Positions 49,281 through 63,751 of a stretch of DNA of 64,000 nucleotides are shown here, one piece after another. Both the position numbers and the translations under genes were made by a program. The notes under the pieces were generated by a model that saw only the letters and a list, made by a program, of their open reading frames with translations, was not told the DNA's origin and did no database searches. The DNA is from the human T2T-CHM13v2.0 reference genome, Homo sapiens. Every line of letters starts with the position of its first letter. Within the stretch, counting starts at the first letter, position 1. The DNA lies in NCBI RefSeq assembly GCF_009914755.1, contig NC_060934.1. The stretch is one strand, 5' to 3'.

Positions 49281-49455
49281 TTTCTTCCCTATTTCCATCT
49301 TCTCTTGGCAGATTTAATTGACAATATTTATAATAGAGAAATTCTAGATAATTATGATTGCTGTCCAAAGGATTTAACCAAGCTCACAGTAGAATGGAGA
49401 TTGTGATGTGAACGTTCAGTGACCCTGCATTACTATGTCCCTCTACTCACTAAAG

Positions 49456-49646
49456 CAGTGGTTCTCAAAGAGTATTCCCTGAACCAGCAGGTCAGTATCA
49501 CCTGGGGACTTGTTAGAAATACAGATTCCTCGGCACCACCCGAGACCTACTGAATCAGACACAGTGGATGTTAGACCCAGTAATCTGATTTACTAAACTC
49601 TCCAGGTGATTCTGAAGCCCACCATCTGAGAGTTGGAGAACCACTG
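49456..49646. mobile_element. MER5A (hAT-Charlie)
   Basis: TIRs cagtggttctc.../...gagaaccactg, ~190 bp, internal cttgttagaaatacagattc, acctactgaatcaga, ctccaggtgattctga. Confidence 0.88.
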
Positions 49647-49699
49647 TCCGAGAGTAACTCACTGGTTGGGTCGGTAGTCTAGCCATTCCCCCAGGGCAC

Positions 49700-50080
49700 C
49701 TGGACTTTCCTATCCCTTGTCCTTGACCATGCCTTAGTTCCTGCCTGGAATACCTAAGAAAGGGACCTCTTTCTTACCTGCTGAAATTCTATTCATCATT
49801 CATGAACCCACTCTCACCTCTTCAGAAAAGTGTTCCTCAGTCATCCCCACCATAAGAACCTCATTATTCTATGAACTACCAGAGTATTTGTCTGTTGCAC
49901 TCATTTGACACTTAGCAAAGTTATTCTTGCTTTCTCATATTTTAATGTTCACGTACATGCCTTATTTTTCCTACTAGAATGTAAGTTCTTCAGAGGTAGA
50001 AATCATGTCTTACAGATCCCTTTTCCCTCATCAGCCTTAACCCTGGGCTTTGTATATAGGTAGCTACTCTGTAAATATAT
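49700..50080 (+). mobile_element. L2 3' fragment
   Basis: ctgcctggaatacc...ctactagaatgtaagttcttcagaggtagaaatcatgtctt. Confidence 0.65.
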
Positions 50081-50163
50081 GGACCCACAGAATCTCATCA
50101 TTGGAATGGGCCTTAGAGAAAGTCTACATGAGATTTCTTATTTACAGATAAAGAAAGGGATGT

Positions 50164-50470
50164 TGACCAGGCGTGATGGTTGACGCTTGTAATCCTAGCA
50201 CTCTGGGAGGCCTAGGCAGGAAGATTTCTTGAGGCAAGGAGTTTGAGGCCAGCCTGGGCAATGTAGTGAGCTCTTAGCTCTACAAAAAAAAAAAATGTTT
50301 TTTAATTAGCTGGGGATGGTAGTGTGCACCTATAATCCTACCTATTCAGGAGGCTGAGGTGGGAGGATCACTTGAACCAAGGAATTCAAGGCTTCAGTGA
50401 GCTATGATCACACCACTGCACTACAACCTGAGCAACAGAATGAGACCCTGTCTCTTTAAAACTAAAAAAA
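50164..50470 (+). mobile_element. Alu (AluJ-like)
   Basis: ggctgaggtgggaggatcacttgaacc, gtgagctatgatcacaccactgcac. Confidence 0.92.
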
Positions 50471-51640
50471 GTGAAAAGAAAGAAAACAATGTTAACACCT
50501 GGACCAAAATGCTAGTTCCGGGACTCCCCATTTGGTGTTCTTCCCCCATCACCCTGCTGTGCCGACTGCGGAGAAACATACCTGGGGGCTTTCAGAGCCA
50601 CTGGCCTGGCCCCAAAACTAGCAGGTGTTCTCATGTTCTCTGCCACAGACTTCAACTAAACCCAAGGAAAGCAGATGGGTTTTCAAAGCTATACTCATTT
50701 AATTTATAAACCTGGAACCTCTTACATTTTTTCATAACTAATGAAAACTGGGAAAGTACAAAATTTTCATTCATAAGCCTATAAAATTGTATAACAAATG
50801 GCATCAATTCCTAGCCTTACACGTGAGAATTTCCCCAGCTCACACACTCCGTATACTTAGGATACCCATGGAACTTCTTTTATTTTTGAATAAAAGTTCA
50901 CAGTGAAGATCATTCACAGTGGAGCAGGCGGCTCTTCTGAACCCAGGAAGAATGGGCATGAGGGCTTTTTTAATCTAGGTCCCCATCATTGTTTTTTTCA
51001 TGTTTATTTTGAGGAAAAATTGAACCTGGCAGATCTGTGAATTACTGTCTTTCGGTGTTACCCTCTGGGACTATTCCCTCAGACAATCCTTTCTTCTCTT
51101 GACACATGGGCTGATGTTGTTTGGCTGAGGATCAAAATAATGGCACAACTAAAACACCTTTCATCAGAAGTCATCCATAACATACCCTTTAAAATTTGCT
51201 CCACAGACACAGCTCACTTTATGCTGTATGTTTTTTCTTTTGCTTGGTAATAGAACCTACACATATCCTACTGAGATCAATATGAACACAGCAGAATGCA
51301 GGCAATGGAATGTGTTTCCTGTAGACGGGCTAAGACGGTAACCCAGGTCCACAGAGTTGGTTTCAGAAAAGCTATAATCAAAGAAGGAGGAACAGTGAAG
51401 GTAGACATGAGACAGGCCTGAAGGGGTTAAACCTACTAGGGAGCAATTGGTAGTAAGAAGCTGAGACCACATGAGGCTGTGAGAAAGGAGTTATTACAGA
51501 AACAGACATCCTGGGATTTGAGTAGCTCCATTGTGAGAAGACATTGACAGACCACGAATAAATGGCCATATGGTTTCCAAGTTGACATCTGCCATTCCCC
51601 AATGTGTTTACCACCATTTTCTCTCACGGGCTCTGAAAAC

Positions 51641-52328
<688 letters not shown>

Positions 52329-52574
52329 TGTTCACGATATAATCAATTTGGTCAGTTTCTCCAGTGAAAAGAAAGAAGAGCATAGAGTGCAGCGATGGAG
52401 ACCCTGTGCCTCTGTGGGTGGTGCATGCATCTCTGAGGGGCATGGTCCTGAGAATGTCACCCCATAATGGAATTAGGGTTGTAATGGTAAGGGATTTTAA
52501 TCAGCTAAGGCTCAGATATTTTATTTCATAAGTAATCCGGTGCCTGTGACTGATGATGACTTTGTGCATGCTTC

Positions 52575-52745
52575 TGTGTGTACATATATGTATATGTATA
52601 CATATGTATAACTTGTGATATGGTGATATCCATATAGTACTGAGTGATGTATAATATCGATAGGTATATATAAGTATAATATATATAAGCATATATACTG
52701 ATATATCTATTAAATATAACTAATATATAACTAATTATATAACTT
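52575..52745. repeat. AT-rich (TA)n-like low-complexity tract
   Basis: Degenerate TA/TATG runs. Confidence 0.7.
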
Positions 52746-53039
52746 ACTCATTTTGAGGCAAGTAGATAAAACCTAATTGTAAGTCAAGAGAGGCTCTAAA
52801 TCATTCGAGCCGAAGCCCAGTGAGATGCCCCAGTGATTCTTTTCCTTTGCTGTGAAAATCTGGACCTGTGAATGGAGTGAGGTACTTCTCAACAGACTTG
52901 TTCATGTTTCACACCATGGCCAGAAATCGAATAAGGAATCCATCAGTGATCACGCGTGGGCAGGCATGAGGAACATCGTTCTTTGCAGAATAGCTTGCAG
53001 TGTCCTGAAGTGCACAGCAGGTCACACGCAAACAACCGA

Positions 53040-53240
53040 GGAAGCTGGGGTTCTTGCTGCCTCACTGCTTAGCAGCTATGGGAAGCTGGGTGAGGTTCTT
53101 AACTCCCTGCACTTCTGTTTCCCAACTATTCAAAAAGACATAAGACACCTGTTCTATGTCTTTCACTGAGTTCTGGAGCCCATGAAATGTCACAATTGAG
53201 AGCCCTTTGTAAACTGCAAACTGCTATGTGATTATTGGAG
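53040..53240 (+). mobile_element. MIR (old)
   Basis: cactgcttagcagctatgggaagctgggtgaggttcttaactccctgcacttctgtttccc. Confidence 0.55.
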
Positions 53241-55008
53241 TGTTTGTGGGTGGGGTATGGTGAGCACGGGGATTTAAAATCTCTTGTTAGAATATGAAGT
53301 GTCACAAGCAAATAAAGCAGTATATCCTATATGGCAACATGTGGTTGACAAGTTACATAGTAGTTTCAAGAACTGTCATAAAGAGAAAAATAAAGTCTAA
53401 GGCGCTAAAAAGTTGTAGTTGGGTGCCGCAGATAACTTACTAGCATCCAATCTAGAAAACATTAAAAGGGAGCTGTGCATAAAAGAACAAGGTTCGTCCA
53501 GGAAATGGGTGGATGTGCAGAGATGGAGATAAGAGAAGGAATTATTTGTACCATCTGTTGCAAGTGGCATAAAAAAGATATCATTTTACAAACTGTAACT
53601 ATTTTTGGTACAAAAGGAGGTTGTCCTTGGCCTGGGGAACATGGGAGTAGCCCAGCAGAAGATTGAGTGTCAGTGAGAAGGACATTTTTCTTTTATCCAT
53701 CCTACAGCACTGCACAATTATTGATTGTGGCTTGGAAGCGAAATGATTTATTTAACATTACTTCTTTATTCTGCTCCAGATTGAGATCTTTAATCACTGT
53801 TGGACCCAGGACTGGTCAGCCAGGTCTGGCCACTGGAGGGCTCAGTAGAGTTCCTCTGTCAAAAGATTTATAGAAATAACGCTCATCTTAAATATAGCCA
53901 TAAGCTAACCGCTGACTGGACCATCTCTTTCCTGGGAATTAAATAATTTTGGCAGCAGTCTGTCTGTCTGTCTGTCTCATGTCTGGGAGACATTCCGTTT
54001 ACAATCAAATGAAACAATAGGCTAACTAAAACCTTACAAATGGCAATCTTCCCAATTTTACCAATGCAAACAAGATGAATTTGAAATTTTTTCAACGTAA
54101 TAATCCCTTCCCTTCCTAATATCATCTTCATATCTATAGGCACAGTTCAGATTTTCTTTGAGCAAATGTAATTTTTTTAAAGCCAATGAAGAAATGAATA
54201 TGAAAGGGAAAATAGGAATGAATATGTGTCACAATACTATTGGCCTTGCCAGAGCATAAAAATTACTTCCTGTTGAGGTAATCCTGAATATTTCCTAGCA
54301 CGTCCATTCTTAACACTGACTCAGAAAGAATACATTGCTTCCACTTTGCTTTTAGGCCTAGTCAATGAAAGGAAGAGGGAAAATGAAGAGTGGGACACTT
54401 TATACACTGCTGGGAAGAGGAACGTAGTAATGGCTGTAATGTCCCAAGGTAGAGAAGGCAGAGAAGGATCTGGTGATGTAATCAAACCAAAGCGTGGGGG
54501 TGTTAGTGGTTGCACACACTCATACTGAACCAAACTTTATGGTGAGTTAGCCTGAAAGAGCCCTTCTCTGGAGAATGTGCCTTCCACTGAGATAAAGCCA
54601 CTGGGTCCTAGATGGCACCAGGATATTGTTTAGGAAATTGGCTTGTCTGGTTCATTAGCAGGTACTCTGGGGCCTTTGGAGATTGAACTCCACCTCTCTT
54701 GGGTGAGCTTGGCGCTTGCTAAAGAGCATTTAACTCATCCTGATTCACCGCAGGATTGGGCTGGCTTTCAAACTCCTGACAGTGAATTACTGCTCTTGTA
54801 ATGACGAATCCATGCATGCATGCTACAGACAGTGCCCTGGAGCATTTTGAAAGTGAAAGGAAATTGCTGTGAACCTGGCAGGAAGGAAGAGAAGGGAGAG
54901 GTAAACTAGACTTCTTCTCGCATTGAACCGACCGACTCTCATTGTAACAGGGTCAACAGAAGCCACCTCTCTCTAGCGTAATGGACATGGTTTCTTGTGG
55001 TTTTACCC

Positions 55009-55310
55009 TTTGTTGCTTTTTTTTGGAGCCAGGGTCTCACTCTGTCACCCAGGCTGGAGCGCAATGGTGTGATCTTGGCTCACTGTAGCCTCTCAACCTC
55101 TCAGGCTCAAGTGATCCTCCCACCTCAGCCTCCCAAGTAGCTGGGAACACAGGCATGCACCAGCATGCCCAGCTAAGTTTTTACTTTTTGTATAGGCTGG
55201 GCCTCCCTATGTTGCCCAAGCTGGTCTCAAACTCCTGGGCTCAGGGGATCCTCCTGCTTCCACATCCCAAAGTGCTAGGATTACAGGCGTGAGCCACATA
55301 GCACCTAGCC
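55009..55310 (-). mobile_element. Alu (AluJ-like)
   Basis: J diagnostics; full dimer. Confidence 0.92.
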
Positions 55311-56939
55311 CATAGCAGATATGGGATAACATGTCGAACATGGCATGACTTGCTTAGCCAAGCAGCAGAGAGACAGAGAGTTCACTGTTTGTTTCCTGGG
55401 GGACAGCCTGGCCCCAGACCCTTCACATACAGTCACTGGGACAAGCAACCCTGCCCATAATAAGCAGGTAAAGAAGAATTATAAGAGCCATGTCTGTTAG
55501 CACACCTCACGCCATAAGACAGGGTCTTTGGAGGATGTGATAGGGGCGGCATCGTGGCCTAATCAGACAAGGGGGACCACTCCTCCATCCCCCTTCCTGG
55601 AAAGTACGTGCTTGACTGAAGACACAAAACAAAACCTGCCTAATGTATACCAGATTCATCAGAAGCTGATAGTGTGTGCCTCCCATACTCTGGTGAGAAA
55701 TAACAAACCCTTGCTGATTAGATTAAAAGTCAAGAGCTTCCACATTCCTTCTACTGTTTTCCGACCTCTTAGGTGGCATCTGTTACAACCACTTCATCCA
55801 AATATTTTTCCTAGTGAGACATCTTAGGAGGGTGGCAATGTCACGTGCTCCATTTGCCCCCTTCTTTAATAACCACAAAGTGATTTGATGGCAGTAAACA
55901 GTTTTTTTAGAAAGCCTGCAAAGGACTGGATTTGAACTTGAAAGACGTCATGGAATTCTTTTGGTCAGCAAGAACAACCTCTAAAAGCCTTAAAATGTTT
56001 TAAAAATGCACAGGCTGCCCAGAGCGTGGTAGTTGGGTGTGGCGTGAAGCCAGTGGGGCTTCCAGCCCAGTGAGTGGAGTTCCTTGTCACCGTATTCCCA
56101 CTTGGATAGCTTTCGGTTCCACCCAGTCCCCAAGGGCTCAGAAAACATGATGGTAATCAGAGCCTGCCTGGGAGCGCAGGAGATGCTTCCTTTCTCCCCC
56201 ACCTTTTGCTAGCAATGCATTAATGCCAGTCCTCCGCTGAGAGCTGCACAAGTCACTTCGTGTTGTGGACACGCACCTTCTTGTACCTGTTCCCCTGGAA
56301 GATACCAGCTGTGCTGACAGCGGTTGTAGCCAGAGGTCTCTGGGGATCGCCTACCTTCTCGTCCTTCATCTTGTTTAGGGTGGGGCAGAAGGGCTCTGGT
56401 TTCCTTTCCAGAATCCCCTCTGCACAGCCCTGGTTTGCCCTCTCTATCTTTCCTTCTCGTTTCAGATGTATTTTCCAGGGTGATTGCAGTTCCTTGCCCG
56501 GCGCTATGTAGGACTGATTAATGGCTGCTACCCAAAGTTCAGCGTGGTAAAACAGGGCTGGTTAATTAATAGACAGCCTCCTTATCTCCCTCATGTTTTC
56601 CCTCTGGTGTTAAACCAGGAGAAGAGGCTTACGTTTCCTTCAGCTGCCAATTCCCAGACTTCAAAAGTCTGGCAGCAAAGTGGGTATTGGGTGCTGGTCT
56701 AGGTTTTTGCAGTAGCACCTTTAAGTCAACAGAAAACTGATCTGAAAGTTGGCTCCTCTGGATTGAGTATGTTGGGTTTTTTGACAGTTTCATTTCTCGG
56801 TGGCTGGTTGTTTGCCCTTTCTAATGATCCTGTTTGCCTTCAGCGAAATATATTTTGTAATATTTCCTTTGCTGTTAACCCATTTACCTAGGCCGTTTAA
56901 AGTTCCTTCATTGGTGTTTTCCCTGTAAGCAGTTGTTGA

Positions 56940-57314
56940 AGGACTGAGTCACCCGTGAGGTAGCCTGTGGTTGGATGTGGGCTGAGGTTATTCAGTGACT
57001 AATTTCCAAGGGGAGGAGAAATTGACTTATCACGGGGAAGGTTACTTTTTATCCATGCCAGTGTCAGCTTCTCTCCGAAAACTGGGTAATACGAAATGGT
57101 CTTTATTGGTTGTGAACACTCGAGCTGAGAAACATTTTAGGATCTTTGTGTCTTTTGTGATGATTTTGTTTCTGAAGAGGAAGCTGTCTAAAATATTCAA
57201 GTGTGCAACCAAGGATTTAGATGAAGCCAGCAAACAAAGGAATCATGTAATCAGGACCTGAGCGAATGTGCTTACTCACGGCGTTAGTTACACAGGTGAT
57301 TTCCTTAAGAAAAA
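56940..57314 (+). promoter_or_regulatory. Second candidate internal promoter and non-coding first exon (5' boundary unknown)
   Basis: Repeat-free island from ~55.3 kb; AP-1 consensus TGAGTCA 56945-56951; donor AAA|GTAAGT (GT 57315-57316). Confidence 0.42.
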
Positions 57315-58309
57315 GTAAGTGGCTTTAATTCTTTGAGGGTGAAAGAGTGTCTTAAGATTCCTTTTCAGTTTTCTCTGCTTACTTCATTGTGTGGTCTGAT
57401 TGAGTGGTATGTTTACAAATTCTAGACTTGGAAGGGTGGGGTTTGAAATACAACAAACTGTACATAATATTCCTTTTCCACAAGCAATATATATATATAT
57501 AAATGCTCCACAGACATGATTACATGAGGCAGTTTCCCAAGATGATTTTAAACAAATATTTTTTATACTAGGTTTTTTTTTTCTGGAAACAATTTTAATA
57601 TGTTGTTTCTTATCTTACGTTCAAGAAACTTCTGAATGAGTGATATTCGATTTGACTTATGGTTCTTTTGGGAAATAATATATAGCTACATGTAAGAATT
57701 TCTAACTCAGACTTCAGATCTTAATTTGAAATGGCCCCAGATATTTTCTGGTGTTTCAGAAGTATGGTGTAAACAGCATTTTGATCCGTGTGCAGTCTGT
57801 GGGCAGGGACACCTGCCTGTCAGCCTGCTATTATGATGAGGCTCTTGAAGAAACTACCCTCTTTCTAAGAACTGGAAGAACTCAAATAATGAAGAGACAA
57901 TAGAGGTTTGGGCAGTAATGGAAAGAAGAAAAGACAGTGCCTAGCCAAGCAGATGAATGAGGTAGAACAGTCTTGTTCATACATTGCCATTATATCTAGT
58001 GCAGTTGAATGAACATTTTCTGTGTCTGGGCTTAGGTGCAGGCAAATAGTTATCTGTGTTGTATTCAGATAAGGGGTTAGAAGAATCTTTATTTTTCTGT
58101 GTCGGTCATCTCTTTCTTGCTGTAAAATGAAATTGTTTAAAGCTTACATTATGACATTAGTGTTGAAATTCTGTGGGGAAAAAGTGTCAATGGTACAACA
58201 TAGCTAGTTACTTAAACTCACTAAGGGAAAAGAGATGATAAGATTAGTAGCATCAGAGAGATCAGTGGCAGAATAAGGGACTGGGATATATTAATGTGAA
58301 TGGCAACTC

Positions 58310-58363
58310 GTATGTGTGTATGTGTATGTGTGTGTGTATGTGTGTGTGTGTGTGTGTGTGTGT
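58310..58363 (+). repeat. (TG)n microsatellite
   Basis: Interrupted then pure TG run. Confidence 0.9.
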
Positions 58364-59632
58364 TGCTTATTTATTTTCTTTGTAAGTTTAGTATAATTTT
58401 CTCCCACAAGGTCTGACTTTGAGTACCAGCGCAGGAAAAACCCAGTATGTATTTAATGCCATGTCTTTACTCATTAGCCAAATAACAGTTAAAAACCAAA
58501 ACAAAATAAATCTGTGTTGGTGACAGATTCTAGGAAGATCTCTCCTTAGTAAGAATACCCGCAGCAAAGGCTGGGTTTGTTTTAAACTGTGAATTATACA
58601 ATCTTAACCATCATGCTGCTTCCATCTATCAGATTCTGGAGTCTCTAAATTCTACTTTTTATTGCAAGTGTGACCTTGGAAATCACATTGAAGACTTGAA
58701 AACATCCCTCCAGTGATGTCCCCTTACCTTCCCCCACATCCTAAGAGCGAGTTGCCTTAGGTTGGTCCCTGTCTTTTATGGTAGGATTCCCAAGTTGTCT
58801 GATCGTAAGGGTTCATTCTAGTTGTGGTTTTAAAACAAATGTTTCCCACTCTATATTGGGATCATTGTGTCATTTTTCTTCTTGGGCTCTGTTTAGAGCC
58901 AAGGATGAAATACATGATCCTGGTTCTTTTTAAAACTCCGTCTTAGAAAGTCAGTCACAGCTTGGCAAACCAACATAAGAATTCTGCCAAGACTTCCAAC
59001 ATCTAAGTCACCTGTGTTGATAGAGACATTCAACCTCAGATTACCAATTCTGTCACAACCGAATGTTTGTATTCAGCGCCACTGTGGATAACTCAGATTG
59101 ATGGTGACTCTTTCGGTGACCCTTTTGGATGATGGCAAGATTATTTTGAAGTGGACAGGGCAGGGAAGACACACAGGATTAGCTCCAGATCCGGGCTGCT
59201 GACTGTTCATGGCAAGCAGCCGTCCTCATTGGCTGAGGTCCCATTCTGGTTGGTTGGTGTCCATGCCATACTGGATATTAGCTGTAAAATATTTCGACTA
59301 TCACTGGTGTTTCCCACATGAATGCCCAATACAATGTATCAGAATTACTTTTAGTTAATTGTTATATTTCTTTCTAATCTCATCTATACATACCACTAGT
59401 AAATCTATTGAGATATTCTAGTTAGATCTTTAAATGTTTCATTTTAAAGGTTATTTATATATCTCCTAACCATTTTTTGCATGTCACCAAGCATGTTTTT
59501 AAAATACCTATGTAAATACCTTTGCTGTTTTCAAAGAAATGTACTCAACTTTTTATGAATTTAAATAAATTTTACATTTTCTTTTTACTAATATTATTTA
59601 TCCTTCTGGACAGTTCTATACTCTCTAGAATA

Positions 59633-59958
<326 letters not shown>

Positions 59959-60136
59959 TAATGTCCCTTTTTACACTCCTGCCAAAAAGAGGAAAGCTTC
60001 TGCTGGTTAATTGGGATCGTAGTCCCCCAGATAAAGATGTACTCTGAAGGTGGCTAAGGAAGGAAAAGAGAACAGGGAATAGTGACTGACCTAGTTAGGA
60101 CTGTTGTTCATACCAAGAGGGTTCTAGATATTATAT

Positions 60137-60508
<372 letters not shown>

Positions 60509-62048
60509 TGATTTGCCTTGGACACTGTGTAATGCTTTATAAACAGTGGCATATTTGAGTCGATGTGATGAATTTATCTCGATGTTTGTTTTGGTTGGTT
60601 ATTGCATTGTGTAATCTGATTATGTGGAGAATTTGCCCACATATCCGCTGCTCGCTGAGCCAGTCCCTCCTGTATTTTATGACCTGTGAAGCCCTGTGCT
60701 GCTTCCTGCTGAGCCATACTTTGCTTTTTATTGAGCCCTGAATTGTGAAGGCAGAGTGAGAGAGGTATTTATAGAGGATCCGTGTCGCTCTCCTGCAAAA
60801 CCTGTGTCACGCGGTTGCCCAGCCTCCCTGGAATGAGCATCAGTCAGGTGTATTATCATGCAATGACCTTGGGACTGTTCCTTCTGGTCTAAAGCACTGA
60901 GCACCTGAGTCATGAGGGTGTCCAATGAGCAGGGAGGTCCTCATGGGCTGGAGCATCAGGGCAGGGGCCATGCAGAGCAGACGCACCTGGAGCCTGACCT
61001 CGAACCTTCATATGGATCCCCAAGAACTAGCACATGGGGAGAGAGACCCTGGAGTGAGGACAGCATCAGGATATCACAAGTTAGGTTTAGAGAAGGGAGA
61101 ACAGATTAGCCTATCATAATGGGAGCTCTGTGTGTGTTTTGGGAGGGGAGTAGAGAGGAAGTGGAGATAAAATTGTAATTGTGAGGGAGGAGCCTGCATA
61201 CTCCAGGGGGCCCAGAAATAGCCCCTATAGGAGCCAAGAGGCCAATTCCGTGGTGCCCAGGTCATGTATTCAAAAAGGGCTCCCTTTTGTTGCTACATAT
61301 TAGCACCTTATTTGCACTTCTCATTGGTCACTTTCATTATGAAATCCACTTGTCTATGTAAAACTTGCAGGGCAGGGATTCTACACCGCTGGATCCTTCC
61401 AGGAGCAAGATAAGGAAGCCATGGGAGTCCCACTGGTTGTTCCTGCATTCTTATCTACGAAGTTTAAGAAAGAAGGTGCCCTCTCCATGGCGCTTGGGAG
61501 TTTCCATGGAACTTGGGGGCTTCTTTAGAACTGTATCCTAGAATAACCCCAGGCACTTACCAAGTGCTTGGTAAATACTCTTTACTACATGCAGTGAATT
61601 TTTGTGATAAAGAAGCAGTTAGTTTGTATCCTGTGCATTAGGCTCTGTTTCATTTTCAACCTTCTCCTGGTGCCTCTACTATCCCTACTGTCTTCCACAT
61701 CATCCACATCATGGGGTCTCTTGGCTGCTCATCTTGGTTCTTGCCATTCAAGCCCCCACCTCTTTCCTCGGGTCCCTCCCTCATCCACCCTCCAACCATT
61801 TATACCCTTCTTCTCTGTCACATCTCCTGGAAGTCAGGATAGGGACTGTGGGCTCCTGTGACCTCACCAATAGAACTTGAAGAATGGATGGAGCCTGTCT
61901 CTCCTTCCCTCAGTTATTTGGAGAATCTCAGTGGTCATTTCCCCACTGCACCTTGACCAAAGCAAAAATATATGAAATCATCATATCCTGAGTTATTTTT
62001 TTTTTTATTCTACTCCCTTGCTAAACACAGTAACATAGTTGCAAATTA

Positions 62049-62817
62049 CAGTTGACCATTGAACAAGGTGGGAGTTAGGGATGCTAAGTCCCCCACACAC
62101 AGTAAAAAAAAAAATCAGTGTAGAGGCCAGGTGCAGTGGCTCATGCCTATAATCCCAGCACTGTGGGAGGCCGAGGCAGGCAGATCACCTGAGGTCAGGA
62201 GTTCAAGACTAGCCGGGCCAACATGGAGAAACCCCGTCTCTACTAAAAATGCAAAAATTAGCTGGGTGTGGTGGCACATGCCTGTAATCCCAGCTATTTG
62301 GGAGGCTGAGGTAGGAGAATCACTTGAACCCAGGAGGTGGAGATTGCAGTGACTGAGCTGAGATTGCGCCACTGCACTCCAGCCTGGGAGACAGAGCAAG
62401 ACTCCATCTCAAAAAAAAAAAAAAAAAAAAAAAATCTGTGTAGAACTTTTACCTCCCCGCAAACTTAACTACTCACAGCCTACTGTTGACCAGAACACTT
62501 ACAGATGACTTGAATGGTCGATTAACGCATAGCTTGAATGTTATATATATTATATACTGTATTCACATAATCAAGTAAGCTAGAGAAAAGCAAATGTTCT
62601 TAAGTAAACCATAAGGAAGAAAAAAATGTGTTTCCTTTCTATTAAGTGGAAGTGGATCATCATAAAGGTCTTCATCCTCGTCAACTTCATGTTGAATAGG
62701 TGAGAAGGAGGAAGAGAAGGGCTTGGCCTTGCTCTCTCAGGAGTGGCAGGGGAGGGAGGATATCTGTGTATCAGTCAACCTGCACAGTTCAAAGCTGTGT
62801 TCTTCAAGGGTCCACTG
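62049..62817 (-). mobile_element. Tigger2a-like DNA transposon split by an Alu
   Basis: TA then cagttgaccattgaacaa ... tgttcttcaagggtccactg TIRs; internal cattaagtggaagtggatcatcataaaggtcttcatcctc-type sequence. Confidence 0.85.
62125..62434 (+). mobile_element. Alu (AluSx-like)
   Basis: Full dimer; TSD aaaaaatc(a/t)gtgtaga. Confidence 0.95.
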
Positions 62818-63182
62818 CCATTGTACTCTTATTGCTTAATTATTTCCTTCCAGCCTCTCCAGGCTGATTTCTCATAGGCTCAAATGAAGAGTTGGTGAAT
62901 GAATGAAACTTCCCTTCCAGGTTTTCCCCCATGCATCTCCTTTCCCCCTGCTCATCTCCCTAGATTGTATCCACTTTGAAAGATGGGAAACATGGTTACT
63001 ATTTCCCAGGGCTAACAGTAGAAAAACGTGCTCAGGACAAGTTTTAGAAGACTCAGCGTGAGCACTATTGATACACTAGACCTGCATTTATTAAGCAGCA
63101 TCTCTAAGAAGCTGTGACATTAAAATTTAAGCCACCACACTATTTTTTCCTGAAATCCCACAAAATTGCACTCTCCATCAGG

Positions 63183-63689
63183 TGTATTCATTTCTTGTGG
63201 TTGCTGTAACAAATTACCATAAATTTAGTGGCTTAAAACGTCATGATTTTTTTAAACACCATAGGTGTATCATTTTACTTTTATGGAGATCAGAAGTCCT
63301 TAATGGATTTTGCACATCAATATCAATGTGTCGGCAGGGTCATCCTCCCTCTGGAGGCTCCAGAGTGGGATCCATTTCCTCACCTTTTCCAGCTTCTAGC
63401 AGCTGCCCACATTCCTTGGCTCATGGCCCCTTCTCATAGCACCTTCCAAACTCTTCTAACCCTACTTCCATCAGCATAGATCTCCCCTGGAGCTGATTTC
63501 CCTGCCTCCTTCCTCCGCATATAAAGACCCTTGTGATTGCCTTGAGTTCACCAGGATAAAGATCTCCCATCTCACCATCCTCAACTTCACCCCATCTGCA
63601 AAGTCTCTTTTGCCATGTAAGGAAACATATTCACAGATTCCAGGATGAGGGTGTATACATCTTGCAGGGGAAGTCACACGGTTACACAC
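63183..63689 (-). mobile_element. MLT1C-like MaLR solo LTR
   Basis: tgtattcatttcttgtggttgctgtaacaaattaccataaatttagtggcttaaaac...tctgcaaagtctcttttgccatgtaagg...attcacagattccagg. Confidence 0.85.
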
Positions 63690-63751
63690 TGAGACTTCTC
63701 TTGAAACACGAATATCAAAGTCAACTTTCTGATCCCTTGTTTTCTTTTCAG

